Below are positions 29,401 to 38,816 of a DNA stretch of 64,000 nt, in pieces. Source of the DNA: an uncultured Candidatus Saccharibacteria bacterium (GTDB lineage Bacteria > Patescibacteriota > Minisyncoccia > Phycocordibacterales > PALSA-1337); the NCBI GenBank assembly GCA_964459225.1, contig CAYWKB010000001.1, positions 426,163-490,162 on the forward strand, read 5' to 3'. Position 1 is the first letter of the stretch. Each line of letters opens with the position of its first letter. Position numbers and translations under genes: made by a program. The notes beneath the pieces are model-generated. The model worked only from the letters and a program-made list of their open reading frames with translations, was not told the origin of the DNA and did no database searches.

Positions 29401-31052
29401 GACTATATTCACCTGACGCTGGAGCAACAGGTTTATTTGGCTTTGAAAAAGGAACCGTGGATCCTATTGATTTCTACTTTGATGCTACAGATAATACTAC
29501 TAAAAATCAATTGTATTTATCTAGAAATGGATACGTGGGTATTGGTACTTCATCACCTCTGACTTCAGGTCTAGAAATAGTAAAAAATGGTTATGCTGAA
29601 AACTCTGCACAATTAAAGTTATGGACGAATTCAACTGATGTGATAGGTAATGGTGCTAACTACCTACAATTACAAAGAAATGGTGGTGATACATATGCAC
29701 TTACTCCAACTGCAAATAATATGAATTTGGGCAGGGTGGAATTTTTCGGAGTTGGAAGTAATTCACAAGTTGCTAGAGGTGCAACAATTAGTGCTAGTCA
29801 AAATGGTGCTGCTGGATTAAATGGTGTTCCAACAGATATTACATTTAGTACATCAGACGGTACTAATGCTGCGGCAAGTAGAGTTGTAATTGCAAATACT
29901 GGTAAAGTTGGTATCGGTACATCAACACCAGTTTCAACTCTTTCTGTTCAAGGTTCACTTTGTGTCCGTTCAACTGGATCATGTGGTACAACTGATGGAA
30001 CAATATATGCAACAACGGCTGCTGTGACAGATATCGACTTAGCTGAAAATTATCCAACATCTGACTCTACACTTTCTGCTGGTGAAATAGTAATGTTTGA
30101 TAATAATACAAGTGAAGTAGCATTCATAAAGAGAGCAGACAGAACAGCAGGTGGCACAATAATGGGAATTATTTCAACCGCTCCCGGATTACTACTAGGA
30201 CGAAGTCTTCCAAATATTACTAAACCAGTAGCCCTATCAGGACGTGTTCCTCTTAAAGTAAATAATCAAAATGGTTCAATAGCAATCGGAGACAGAATTG
30301 CTCTCTCAAGTATTCCTGGAGTTGGTATGAAAGCACCACTTTCAGGCGAAACTGTAGCAATTGCTCTTGAAGCTTTTGATGGATCAAAGGGAAGTGGAAC
30401 AATAGAAGTATTTGTAAATTTAAGAAATACTGTTGATATGAGTCCAATAGAATTAGCTACAAAGAAAATAGATGATTTAAATTTGAGAGTTGATTTATTA
30501 GCTTCAAGTACAGTAGATACAATTAATTCAAGCGTTGCTTCATCAATTGTTACTTTCTTTTCGACAATTAAAGAATGGGTAGGAGATAAAATAACAGTTG
30601 TAAAAGGATATTTTACAGAAATATTTGCTGATAAGGTTAATACAAAACAATTATGTATTGAAGAAGTATGTCTAACTAAGGATCAATTAAATGCATTAAT
30701 TGTTAATATGCATGCATCAAGTACAGATACAATAAATAATTCAAATATACAATCAGTTGTTTCAACTCCTACTCCTACTCCTACAGTGACAGTTACAGTC
30801 ACACCAACACCAAGTCCAACACCTACTGAGACAATAACTTCAACACCACCACCATCTCCTACTCCAACTCCTACCGTTACAGAGACTCCGACACCTACAC
30901 CAAGTGATACTGTAAGTCCTACACCTACTGAATCTCCAGCTGAGACAACACCTTCAACGCCAACTGATTCACCTGCACCTAGTTCAAGTAGTGATACTCC
31001 AGCATCAGAATCATCAAGTAGTAGCACTAGCGAAACACAGAGTTCACAATAA
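26463..31052 (+). CDS. Large fibre/adhesin-like surface protein with GxVGIGT repeats, peptidase G2/IMC-like domain and Pro/Thr/Ser tail
   Basis: N-terminal TM, about 10 G[NY]VGIGTxxP repeats, DLAENY...GIISTAPG...VALSGRVP.KV, TP-rich tail. Confidence 0.8.
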   Translation: MPKDVKNFSFLKSVSGFLTTNKFFLYSMYVTGFIFISASVIPFDKISIGDPFSLKPISNSISSAFESIGNFGSDVLASVESFGDGIFGFESSSGSDQNTASILDSIKSFFGFNKDETIPVKITDDTTESNLNSSPALDIPNVNKTYSKNDTIEQNTSSNNVNNSIVNESPVVTPSNIVGAKPQTVVQNIYNSYPQTIVRETINTNTLVQKESFDGQVETVYNSISNSLDAISANNFEFSEDLSVLGDLHANSNIIGAGSITGTYFEASSAEATSTFNGSFNVADSSLFVNANTGYVGIGTSSPSSKLSVNGDMFINSAIQFEDSTPSDTSGKLYANSSSLYWSGNLIAGASAGNWTTDGTNAWRATGNIGVGTSTPWAKLSVNPNGITGPSFVIGSSTATNFIVTNGGNVGVGTANPSAKLHVYGSGDVGAIIESSSATNDAQLSLRNGDGTANVHLNDDGKFYLWNNIANSDLILRVNNGSNIDALTVAGTSGYVGIGTGTPQYKLDILGDMNITTGIFTLQNSTSSLVTSNQFPSIYASQNSGSSYPFLTSGNLILQSRALGASRDIVFVGSTTPTVQMIIQGSSGNVGIGTTNPSYKLDIVSDGSNNANNTTTGGSFGSGRIADNQSLVIRHKTDKGISGATFPTQIIQNSTQSNSLELYSTGSTPIVFGTQSLERLRVNSAGDISVGSSTTYGNFSVNALRYTIDRHAFEDWSLLNTTDTNLGYSSFDAKSTMTNSQDQNHMVAYQARNIYNGSANLTDRFVGFHSFPTTSGSGNITNVYGVKIDDMTGAGTVTNNYGLYIGNTVKGTSNNYSIYSNGGTSYFAGNVGIGTTSPNAKLQVLDSTNVSTFTGVQNQGLAINGGAVSASGNYSLLGFRTSDSGYTGKNVAQIGAKLTSSGSYLQFGTSNLFSSGITNTAMTIDYSGNVGIGTTTPSSMLHLYGSTAGTSTLEIERNMTAGQGESRIHYRNALHDVYSRLYSPDAGATGLFGFEKGTVDPIDFYFDATDNTTKNQLYLSRNGYVGIGTSSPLTSGLEIVKNGYAENSAQLKLWTNSTDVIGNGANYLQLQRNGGDTYALTPTANNMNLGRVEFFGVGSNSQVARGATISASQNGAAGLNGVPTDITFSTSDGTNAAASRVVIANTGKVGIGTSTPVSTLSVQGSLCVRSTGSCGTTDGTIYATTAAVTDIDLAENYPTSDSTLSAGEIVMFDNNTSEVAFIKRADRTAGGTIMGIISTAPGLLLGRSLPNITKPVALSGRVPLKVNNQNGSIAIGDRIALSSIPGVGMKAPLSGETVAIALEAFDGSKGSGTIEVFVNLRNTVDMSPIELATKKIDDLNLRVDLLASSTVDTINSSVASSIVTFFSTIKEWVGDKITVVKGYFTEIFADKVNTKQLCIEEVCLTKDQLNALIVNMHASSTDTINNSNIQSVVSTPTPTPTVTVTVTPTPSPTPTETITSTPPPSPTPTPTVTETPTPTPSDTVSPTPTESPAETTPSTPTDSPAPSSSSDTPASESSSSSTSETQSSQ

Positions 31053-31149
31053 TCATTGACTTATTGTCTATATTCAAGTACCATATATTTGTAAGTTTTC
31101 CTAGTCGCTTACAGCTTATTTAATTAAAGACGGGTTAAAGTAAAAGAAA

Positions 31150-31455
31150 ATGGCAAAGAAGTTATATGTAGGAGGTATTTCATACAGTACAAGTGAAGAT
31201 GCTCTAAAGGCACACTTCGCTCAAGCTGGAGCAGTTGAATCAGCAAGTATCATTATGGACAAGATGACGGGTCGCTCAAAGGGATTTGGATTCGTTCAAA
31301 TGACAACAGATGCTGAAGCAGATAATGCTATCAACATGTTCAATGGTAAGCCACTTGACGGTAGAAATCTAACAGTCAACGAAGCTCGCCCAATGGAACC
31401 TCGTGCTCCACGTAAGGATTTCAATCGTGGTGGAGAAGGTCGTGGAAACTGGTAA
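31150..31455 (+). CDS. RRM RNA-binding protein
   Basis: KLYVGG, TGRSKGFGFV, VNEARP. Confidence 0.93.
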   Translation: MAKKLYVGGISYSTSEDALKAHFAQAGAVESASIIMDKMTGRSKGFGFVQMTTDAEADNAINMFNGKPLDGRNLTVNEARPMEPRAPRKDFNRGGEGRGNW

Positions 31456-31479
31456 TACCTAACTCGTCTTACTATACAC

Positions 31480-31514
31480 AAACAAAAATACCGCCTAGTG
31501 CGGTATTTTTGTTT
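31480..31514. terminator. Bidirectional terminator
   Basis: AAACAAAAATACCGC-CTAGT-GCGGTATTTTTGTTT between convergent genes. Confidence 0.85.
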
Positions 31515-31531
31515 TATAACTTATATAATTT

Positions 31532-32215
31532 TTAATCAATCATTTTCCACCATTCAGATATAGGTGCCTCCTTAATTATTTTAATTACCAAATCCTCAGA
31601 ATTAGTCATTTTAAATAATTCAATATCCTCACCTTCAATAGTATGATGCTTATTTAATAAATCATCATTCAAAACCTTAACAATTGGTGACCAAAAATCA
31701 CTACCAAAAAGTATTACTGGGATTCTAGGAATTTTCCTGGTTTGTATTAATGTTAAAACCCCAAATAACTCATCTAATGTTCCATATCCACCAGGGAAAA
31801 AGACATATGCTTCAGCTGCAAAGTTTAAAACTGATTTTCTAGCAAAAAAATAATTAAACTCAATACTATCATTCATATAGTCATTTGTATGTTGCTCATG
31901 TGGAATATTGATATTTAATCCAACAGATTTATTCCCAGCATCAAATGCGCCTTTATTTGCTGCTTCCATAATACCAGGTCCACCTCCAGTAATAATACTG
32001 TAGCCAAGCTCTGTTGCTATTCTTTTAGAAAGTCTATATGCCTCATGATAATGTGAGCTATCGGGTGTAAGTCTAGATGATCCAAAAAATGTTACTGATT
32101 TTGGATACTTTTTGATGAATTCAAATCCCATTTTGAATTCTTTACTAATATCTTTTACATGCTCATCAATTTTCTGATTAATTTTGTCTGCACTTAATTC
32201 ATTTTCTTTAAACAT
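31532..32215 (-). CDS. LOG family (TIGR00730-like) nucleotide phosphoribohydrolase
   Basis: TGGGPGIMEAAN.GA, FF.RK, PGGYGTLDE. Confidence 0.92.
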   Translation of the reverse strand: MFKENELSADKINQKIDEHVKDISKEFKMGFEFIKKYPKSVTFFGSSRLTPDSSHYHEAYRLSKRIATELGYSIITGGGPGIMEAANKGAFDAGNKSVGLNINIPHEQHTNDYMNDSIEFNYFFARKSVLNFAAEAYVFFPGGYGTLDELFGVLTLIQTRKIPRIPVILFGSDFWSPIVKVLNDDLLNKHHTIEGEDIELFKMTNSEDLVIKIIKEAPISEWWKMID

Positions 32216-32269
32216 ATAAAGATTATATCATAATCAAACAATATGGTATTATCATTAAATATTAAACAG

Positions 32270-33475
32270 ATGAAATATAATATAGTAAAGGAAATAAAGG
32301 GTAAAAGGGGCAGAGCGGGTCAAATAGAGACCAAACATGGGATAATCAATACTCCTGCTTTTGTGGTTGTTGGAACAAAAGCAACAGTCAAATCTCTAAC
32401 ACCTGAACAGGTAAATGAATTAGGGGCTGAAGCTGTACTTGCTAATACATACCATTTGTATTTGGAGCCTGGTGACACACTCATAAAACAATCTGGTGGT
32501 TTAAATAAATTTATGAATATAAATAAACCTAGTTTTACTGACTCAGGTGGTTTTCAGGCATTTTCACTTGGCGCTGCCTTCAATAATAAAGCGTCTAAAA
32601 TAGCAGATAGGGTTGAAATAGAAGAAATACAAAAAAATGATAATGAAAATAAAGATCTAGAAAAAAATAAATTTGCAAAAGTCACCGAAGATGGCGTTAT
32701 ATTTAAATCAATAATAGATGGCAGTGAACATATATTTACACCCGAAAGATCAATTGAGATTCAACATAATATTGGTGCTGATATAATTTTTGCTTTTGAC
32801 GAATGCACATCTCCGCATGCAAGTTACGATTATCAAATTGAAGCAATGGACAGGACACACAGATGGGCCAAAAGATCATTAGAATATCACAGTAAAAATA
32901 ATAAAAATGATCAAGCATTATTTGGTATTGTTCAGGGTGGAAGGTATCAAGATTTAAGAAAAAAAAGTGCAGAAATTATAGGTCAAATGGATTTTGATGG
33001 TTTTGGAATTGGTGGTTCATTTGATAAAGAAGACATATATACAGCAGTTGGTTGGGTAAATGATATTCTTCCAGCAAATAAACCAAAACATCTTTTAGGA
33101 ATTGGTGAACCAATTGACCTATTTGGTGGTGTTGAAAATGGCATAGACACCTTTGATTGCGTTACACCAACAAGAATAGCAAGAAATGGAAATCTATATA
33201 CCTATGATGGCAAGATTAATATATTAAATGCAAAATTTAAAAATGATTTTTCTAAAATAGACGCAGATTGTAAATGCTATACTTGTAATAATTTTACAAA
33301 GGCATATCTTTCACATTTATTTAGATCAAAAGAAATGTTGGGAGCAACACTTGCATCAATACATAATCTCTACTTTATAGTAAATTTAGTTAAGCAAATT
33401 CGCGAATCAATATTAAATGAAAATTTCGATGAATTTAAAGAAAAATTTATAAAAGGATATTATAAAAATCTTTAA
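32270..33475 (+). CDS. tgt: tRNA-guanine transglycosylase
   Basis: LANTYHL, TDSGGFQ, FGIVQGG, D.FDCV.PTR.ARNG, CxCxxC zinc site. Confidence 0.95.
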   Translation: MKYNIVKEIKGKRGRAGQIETKHGIINTPAFVVVGTKATVKSLTPEQVNELGAEAVLANTYHLYLEPGDTLIKQSGGLNKFMNINKPSFTDSGGFQAFSLGAAFNNKASKIADRVEIEEIQKNDNENKDLEKNKFAKVTEDGVIFKSIIDGSEHIFTPERSIEIQHNIGADIIFAFDECTSPHASYDYQIEAMDRTHRWAKRSLEYHSKNNKNDQALFGIVQGGRYQDLRKKSAEIIGQMDFDGFGIGGSFDKEDIYTAVGWVNDILPANKPKHLLGIGEPIDLFGGVENGIDTFDCVTPTRIARNGNLYTYDGKINILNAKFKNDFSKIDADCKCYTCNNFTKAYLSHLFRSKEMLGATLASIHNLYFIVNLVKQIRESILNENFDEFKEKFIKGYYKNL

Positions 33476-34470
33476 ATCTCCTTCGGTCTATAATCAGCGG
33501 GAGCTCTCTTTAACCACCATTCTATATTTTCGTGATTAAGTAATCCTTCTTGTGCCCCTATATATTGTATTACTGACATTGGATTAACTGGCGCCCAAGT
33601 CAAAGCTTCAAGGGGTGTTTTGCCCAACATTAATGCCCCGACAAAAGTTGCAGAAAATGCATCACCACAACCTGTCCTTTCAACAGGTGGTTTTGGATCA
33701 GGATAAATAGGCATAAAGTAAAAATGATCACCATCAAGCATATATGCACCTTTTGGACCATCAGTAATTATCACTATTTTAGGCCCATATGCATGTATTT
33801 CAGACAATAATATTTTAATATCCTTTGAATTATTATTTAATATTCTTTGTGCTTCCTCAACATTGCATATAAAGACTTCGGTGCGTTTATATATGTCTTT
33901 CAATGTATCAATACCTAATTTAATTTGAAATGTACCTGGTTGAAAGGCCAATTTAACCTCTTTATGTGTATTGAGGAAATAAGAAATTTCCTCATGATAT
34001 CTTTTAGTATTTGATGCAAGGGAAGAAAGATAAATCCATTTTGGAATCTTTTTGATTTCTGGGAATTTATAATCGTATTCAATATGATTAATTAAAATAG
34101 TTCTATCAACATCATACCAAAGCACAAAATGATAATTAGATAATTTGTTTTTATGAACTTTTATATATCTATTGTCTACTTTTTCGTCTTTAAGTAGCGA
34201 TAGGCAGTCTTTGCCATTTATATCATCTCCAAGTTGGGAAATAAGTCCTGAACTAATACCCAGTCTTGAAATCGCAACAGCTGCATTTGCCGAATTACCA
34301 ACAGCTTTAATTACTTTTACATATTCAAATGGAACTTTATCACCGAATTTCATGCACAATTCACAATTTTCAGTATCAACCTTACAATGTACATTTGCCT
34401 CCTTTAATCTTATAAAGGCATCAGTTGTAATATCACCTATTGCTAAAAAATTTATATTTTTATCAAACAT
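33472..34470 (-). CDS. PfkB family carbohydrate kinase
   Basis: GNSANAA...RLG, N.EEA, TDG..GA, TGCGDAF. Confidence 0.9.
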   Translation of the reverse strand: MFDKNINFLAIGDITTDAFIRLKEANVHCKVDTENCELCMKFGDKVPFEYVKVIKAVGNSANAAVAISRLGISSGLISQLGDDINGKDCLSLLKDEKVDNRYIKVHKNKLSNYHFVLWYDVDRTILINHIEYDYKFPEIKKIPKWIYLSSLASNTKRYHEEISYFLNTHKEVKLAFQPGTFQIKLGIDTLKDIYKRTEVFICNVEEAQRILNNNSKDIKILLSEIHAYGPKIVIITDGPKGAYMLDGDHFYFMPIYPDPKPPVERTGCGDAFSATFVGALMLGKTPLEALTWAPVNPMSVIQYIGAQEGLLNHENIEWWLKRAPADYRPKEI

Positions 34471-34499
34471 ATTGAAAAGATTTATGATAGAATTATATC

Positions 34500-35363
34500 A
34501 TGAATAATATAAAATCACTTAGAGAGTGTATAAAAGACGCAGAAGCAAAGGGTGTTGCCATCGGACATTTTAATATTTCAAATAGTGATGGATTTTCAGC
34601 TGTTGTTGAGGCCGCACACGAACTTAATGTGCCTGTTATTATCGGAGTGTCAGAGGGTGAAAGAGATTATATTGGTGTACATGAAATAAGTGCATTAGTT
34701 AAATCATATAGAGAGCATACTGGACAATTAGTTTTCCTTAATGCAGATCATACCTACACTCTTGAAAGGGTAAAAGAAGCAGTTGATGCGGGTTTTGATT
34801 CAATTATCTTTGATGGAACCGAATTAGCACCAGAACAAAATATCAATATAACAAAGGAAACTATACAATATGCAAAATCAAAAAATGCAGATATTTTGAT
34901 TGAAGCTGAATTGGGCTTTATAGGTAAGTCATCAAAGTTATTAGATGAAATACCAGAGGGTGCAGGGAAATTAACTGATATAAATGATGCAAAGGACTTT
35001 GTTGGACAAACTAAAGTAGATATGTTAGCTCCGGCAGTTGGCAATATTCACGGAATGATAAAGTCTGGTGAGCCTGCTTTAAATATTCAAAGAATAAAAG
35101 AAATAAAAGAAGCAGTACAAATACCATTAGTTTTACACGGTGCTTCAGGAAATTCTAATCAAGATATCACTGATTCAATAAAGGCTGGTATTTCAATTAT
35201 TCATATAAATACAGAATTAAGACTTGCATATAGATCAGGCTTAATCAAATCACTTTCAGATAATCCAGATGAAATTTCACCGTACAAATATCTTAAGGGC
35301 GCAAAAATTGCTATGAAAAATGTTGTACTAGAAAAATTAAAGCTATTTAATAATATAAAATAA
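34500..35363 (+). CDS. fba: Class II fructose-bisphosphate aldolase
   Basis: NADH, EAELG, APAVGNIHG, LVLHGASG, INTE. Confidence 0.88.
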   Translation: MNNIKSLRECIKDAEAKGVAIGHFNISNSDGFSAVVEAAHELNVPVIIGVSEGERDYIGVHEISALVKSYREHTGQLVFLNADHTYTLERVKEAVDAGFDSIIFDGTELAPEQNINITKETIQYAKSKNADILIEAELGFIGKSSKLLDEIPEGAGKLTDINDAKDFVGQTKVDMLAPAVGNIHGMIKSGEPALNIQRIKEIKEAVQIPLVLHGASGNSNQDITDSIKAGISIIHINTELRLAYRSGLIKSLSDNPDEISPYKYLKGAKIAMKNVVLEKLKLFNNIK

Positions 35364-35364
35364 T

Positions 35365-36339
35365 ATGAAAGTTTTTGTAACCAGACAGATTCCAGATATT
35401 GGAATTAAAATGCTTATAGATAAGGGTATTGAAGTAAAGGTAAATCAACTCGATAGACCGCTCAGTGATACTGAATTAAAATCAGAATTATCATCAGGGA
35501 ATTATGATGCTGTACTTACTTTACTTACAGATAATATCAATTCAGAAATATTAGATATTGCAAAATCAGTTAAATTATTTGCAAACTATGCAATAGGTTA
35601 TAATAATTTTGATGTTAATACTGCAATTTCAAAAAATGTGTATATGACAAATACTCCAGGAGGCGGAGCCGATAGAGTCTCTGAACATACATGGGCATTG
35701 ATACTGGCATTATCATGTAGAATAGTTGAAGGCAATCAATATATTAAAGACAAAAAATACAATGGCTGGGACCCAATGCTACTACACGGTATATCACTTA
35801 GAGGTAAAACATTAGGAATAATAGGTACAGGTAAAATAGGTGCCGAAGTAGTTAAAAAAGGTCATTTAGCATTTGATATGAATATTGTTTATTATGATGT
35901 TAAGAGAAATGAAGAAATAGAAAATAAATACAATGCGAAATTTTGCCCAGATGTAAATGAAGTACTCAAAATATCTGATATTATTTCATTACATGTTCCA
36001 TTGCTTGAGTCCACTCATCACCTTATAAATGAACAAAGTCTAAAATTAATAAAAAAGGATGCGATAATAATAAATACATCAAGAGGTCCAGTTATTGATG
36101 AAAAAGCCTTATACAACGCATTAAAAGAAGGCAAAATAGGAGGAGCAGGACTTGATGTTTTTGAATTTGAACCACAAATTGTGGCAGGACTTACTGATTT
36201 GGACAATGTAGTACTTACACCGCATATAGCATCAGCAACAAGACAAGCAAGGGAGGAAATGGCAATTATAGCTGTAAATAACATAATAGATTTGTTCGAA
36301 GGTCGAGTCCCAAGGAATAATATTGCCATAAAGGCTTGA
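35365..36339 (+). CDS. D-2-hydroxyacid (D-glycerate/glyoxylate) dehydrogenase
   Basis: GIIGTGKIG, SLHVPL, NTSRGPV, LDVFE.EP, TPHIAS. Confidence 0.9.
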   Translation: MKVFVTRQIPDIGIKMLIDKGIEVKVNQLDRPLSDTELKSELSSGNYDAVLTLLTDNINSEILDIAKSVKLFANYAIGYNNFDVNTAISKNVYMTNTPGGGADRVSEHTWALILALSCRIVEGNQYIKDKKYNGWDPMLLHGISLRGKTLGIIGTGKIGAEVVKKGHLAFDMNIVYYDVKRNEEIENKYNAKFCPDVNEVLKISDIISLHVPLLESTHHLINEQSLKLIKKDAIIINTSRGPVIDEKALYNALKEGKIGGAGLDVFEFEPQIVAGLTDLDNVVLTPHIASATRQAREEMAIIAVNNIIDLFEGRVPRNNIAIKA

Positions 36340-36370
36340 TTTTTTATTTAATCTGTATATAATAGCCCCT

Positions 36371-37030
36371 ATGATTACATTAACTGCTGAAAAGCGAGAT
36401 ATTAAAACTAAATTAGAAAATCTTAGAGAAGAAGGCCGTATGCCTGCTGTATTTTATGGTCCAAAGGAAAAGTCTACACCAATTACAGTATCTACTATTG
36501 AATTTATTAAAACATACAAAAAGGCTGGTGAATCATCAGTTATAATTCTCAAGGAAGGAAATGAAGAGCATGAAGTCTTGATACAAGATATTGATGTTCA
36601 TCCTGTTACAGGAGCACCAAGACATGCTGACTTTTATGTTATTGAAAAAGGTAAAAAGGTAAAGGTTAATGTACCTCTAGTATTTATCGGAGTTTCTCCT
36701 GCTGTTAAGGACAAGGGTGCTATTTTGGTTAAGGTTGCTCGTGATATCGAAATCGAGGCATCACCAAAGGATCTTCCACATGAACTTTCAGTAGATATTT
36801 CGTCATTAGTTGAATTTTCAAGTACAGTTACAGCTAAAGACATAACATTACCAGCTGGAGTTACACTAGTCTCAGGTGCAGATGAAATAGTTGCATCAGT
36901 TTCTGAAGCAAAAGAAGAAGTTGATGAAGTAAAGCCAATTGATATGTCAGCAATTGAAGTTGAAAAGAAAGGTAAGGAAGCAAAGGAAGGTGAAGCCGAA
37001 ATCCCAGCTGATTCAGAAGAAAAAAAATAA
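36371..37030 (+). CDS. rplY: 50S ribosomal protein L25
   Basis: LR..G.MPAVFYG, HADF, acidic tail. Confidence 0.92.
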   Translation: MITLTAEKRDIKTKLENLREEGRMPAVFYGPKEKSTPITVSTIEFIKTYKKAGESSVIILKEGNEEHEVLIQDIDVHPVTGAPRHADFYVIEKGKKVKVNVPLVFIGVSPAVKDKGAILVKVARDIEIEASPKDLPHELSVDISSLVEFSSTVTAKDITLPAGVTLVSGADEIVASVSEAKEEVDEVKPIDMSAIEVEKKGKEAKEGEAEIPADSEEKK

Positions 37031-37082
37031 ACTAAAAAAGAAAGGCCAAGAGCCTTTTTTTGATTTATGATACAATATATTT

Positions 37083-38429
37083 ATGAGTATAAAACTGAAG
37101 CTTATTTTCCTTGTATTTCTTTTTTCTTTTTTCTTTATACAAAATAATCTTGTATACGGTCAATCAACTGAATCACAATCAGAAAAGGAAGCAAGACTTC
37201 GTGCCGAATTAGCACAAGTTGAAAGAGAACAAGCCGAAACTGAAAAAACACTATTAAATGCACAAAATCAAAGTGCATCACTTGAACGCGATATTTTAAT
37301 ATTAAATACCAAAATTAAGGCTGCGCAGCTAAATATTAAAGCCAAAAATCTACTAATTGAAACTCTAGGTAAAGATATCAATAAAAAACAAGCAAAAATT
37401 AATGATCTTGAAGATCATATAGCAAGAGGTGTTGAAACTCTGGCTCAAATAATGAGGAAAACAGATGAAATCGACTCAATAAGTTTTGTTGAGTTTATTA
37501 TGTCTGGAAATGATTTAACTAAAACCTTTAAAGATATTGATGAATTTCAATCTGTTCAGGAATCACTTAAAACTACATTCGAAAAAATACGAGACGATAA
37601 AACTCAAACAGAAAGTGAAAAACTAACATTAAGTAAAAGGAAAGATCAAGAAGTTGATGCAAAAATCGTTATTGAAGCTGAAAAGAAAAATATAGAATTA
37701 AATGAAAAAGAAAAAAAGAATTTACTAACTATAAGTAAAGGAAGCGAAAAAGCCTATGCAAGGGAATTAGCATCAAAAAAGGCAAAAGCCGCAGAAATAA
37801 GAGCGGCATTGTTTACATTGCGTGATGCTGATGCAATACCTTTTGAGTTGGCACTTAAATATGCAAATGAAGCACAGTCATCAACAGGCATAAGACCAGC
37901 ATTCTTGCTTGCAATACTCACACAAGAATCCGCTCTAGGTAAAAATGTCGGCTCATGTTATTTAACTGATACAAATACTGGATCGGGTGCAAGCATAAAG
38001 TCAGGTACAACATTTCCAAATGTAATGAAGCCATCACGTGATATACCTCCATTTATTGAAATTACAAAATCATTAGGTCTAGATTATACAAAAACATTAG
38101 TATCATGTCCTATCGCAGGAGCTGGAGGATGGGGAGGGGCAATGGGTCCAGCGCAATTTATCGCATCTACATGGATGTTGTTTAAAGATAGAGTAGCAAA
38201 AGCAATAGGAGTAAACACTCCAAATCCATGGAATCCAGAGCATGCCTTTGTTGCTTCTTCATTTTATTTAACTGACTTAGGTGCAGCAAATGGTAGCTAT
38301 ACAGGCGAAATAAGGGCAGCATGTAAGTATTATGGTAGCGGAGGGTCAAATTGTACCTATGGACGCCAGGTTATGTCTAAAGCGGACACTATACAAAGGA
38401 CAATGATTAACCCATTGCAAGGAATATAG
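37083..38429 (+). CDS. Secreted coiled-coil plus lytic transglycosylase-like protein
   Basis: Signal/TM, long coiled coil, QES.LG.N, GAMGPAQFI.STW. Confidence 0.85.
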   Translation: MSIKLKLIFLVFLFSFFFIQNNLVYGQSTESQSEKEARLRAELAQVEREQAETEKTLLNAQNQSASLERDILILNTKIKAAQLNIKAKNLLIETLGKDINKKQAKINDLEDHIARGVETLAQIMRKTDEIDSISFVEFIMSGNDLTKTFKDIDEFQSVQESLKTTFEKIRDDKTQTESEKLTLSKRKDQEVDAKIVIEAEKKNIELNEKEKKNLLTISKGSEKAYARELASKKAKAAEIRAALFTLRDADAIPFELALKYANEAQSSTGIRPAFLLAILTQESALGKNVGSCYLTDTNTGSGASIKSGTTFPNVMKPSRDIPPFIEITKSLGLDYTKTLVSCPIAGAGGWGGAMGPAQFIASTWMLFKDRVAKAIGVNTPNPWNPEHAFVASSFYLTDLGAANGSYTGEIRAACKYYGSGGSNCTYGRQVMSKADTIQRTMINPLQGI

Positions 38430-38477
38430 TCATTTAATTGCAAAATTATCAGATATTTGTTAGAGTATTACTTACTT

Positions 38478-38747
38478 ATGAAAAAAGACATTCACCCAAA
38501 GGAATATAGACCAGTAATCTTCGTTGATAATTCAAATGGAGTTAAATTTCTAATTTCTTCAACAATCAAGACAAAGGAAACAGATAAGTGGACAGACGGA
38601 AAGGAATATCCAGTTTATCATGTTGAAATTTCAAGTTCATCACATCCATTTTATACAAATCAAGAAAAGACATTGGATAGTGCAGGACGTGTTGAAAAAT
38701 TCAAAAATCGTCAGTCAAAAGCAGTTACAAAGACAACAAAAAAATAA
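38478..38747 (+). CDS. rpmE: 50S ribosomal protein L31 (type B, no Zn cysteines)
   Basis: [25 protein letters not shown]. Confidence 0.93.
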   Translation: MKKDIHPKEYRPVIFVDNSNGVKFLISSTIKTKETDKWTDGKEYPVYHVEISSSSHPFYTNQEKTLDSAGRVEKFKNRQSKAVTKTTKK

Positions 38748-38754
38748 CTACAAG

Positions 38755-38796
38755 AGGAGCTTGCAAGGTCGCTTATACCTAAGCTCCTTTTGTTTT
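38755..38796 (+). terminator. Terminator after rpmE
   Basis: AGGAGCTT...AAGCTCCT followed by T tract. Confidence 0.65.
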
Positions 38797-38816
38797 GTCT
38801 GATATAATATATAAAA

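Noticed and set aside
30765-31030. Short tandem-like repeats (ACTCCT/ACACCA)
   Set aside because: They encode the Pro/Thr tail of the fibre protein; degenerate at synonymous sites with no repeat-spacer pattern, so not CRISPR
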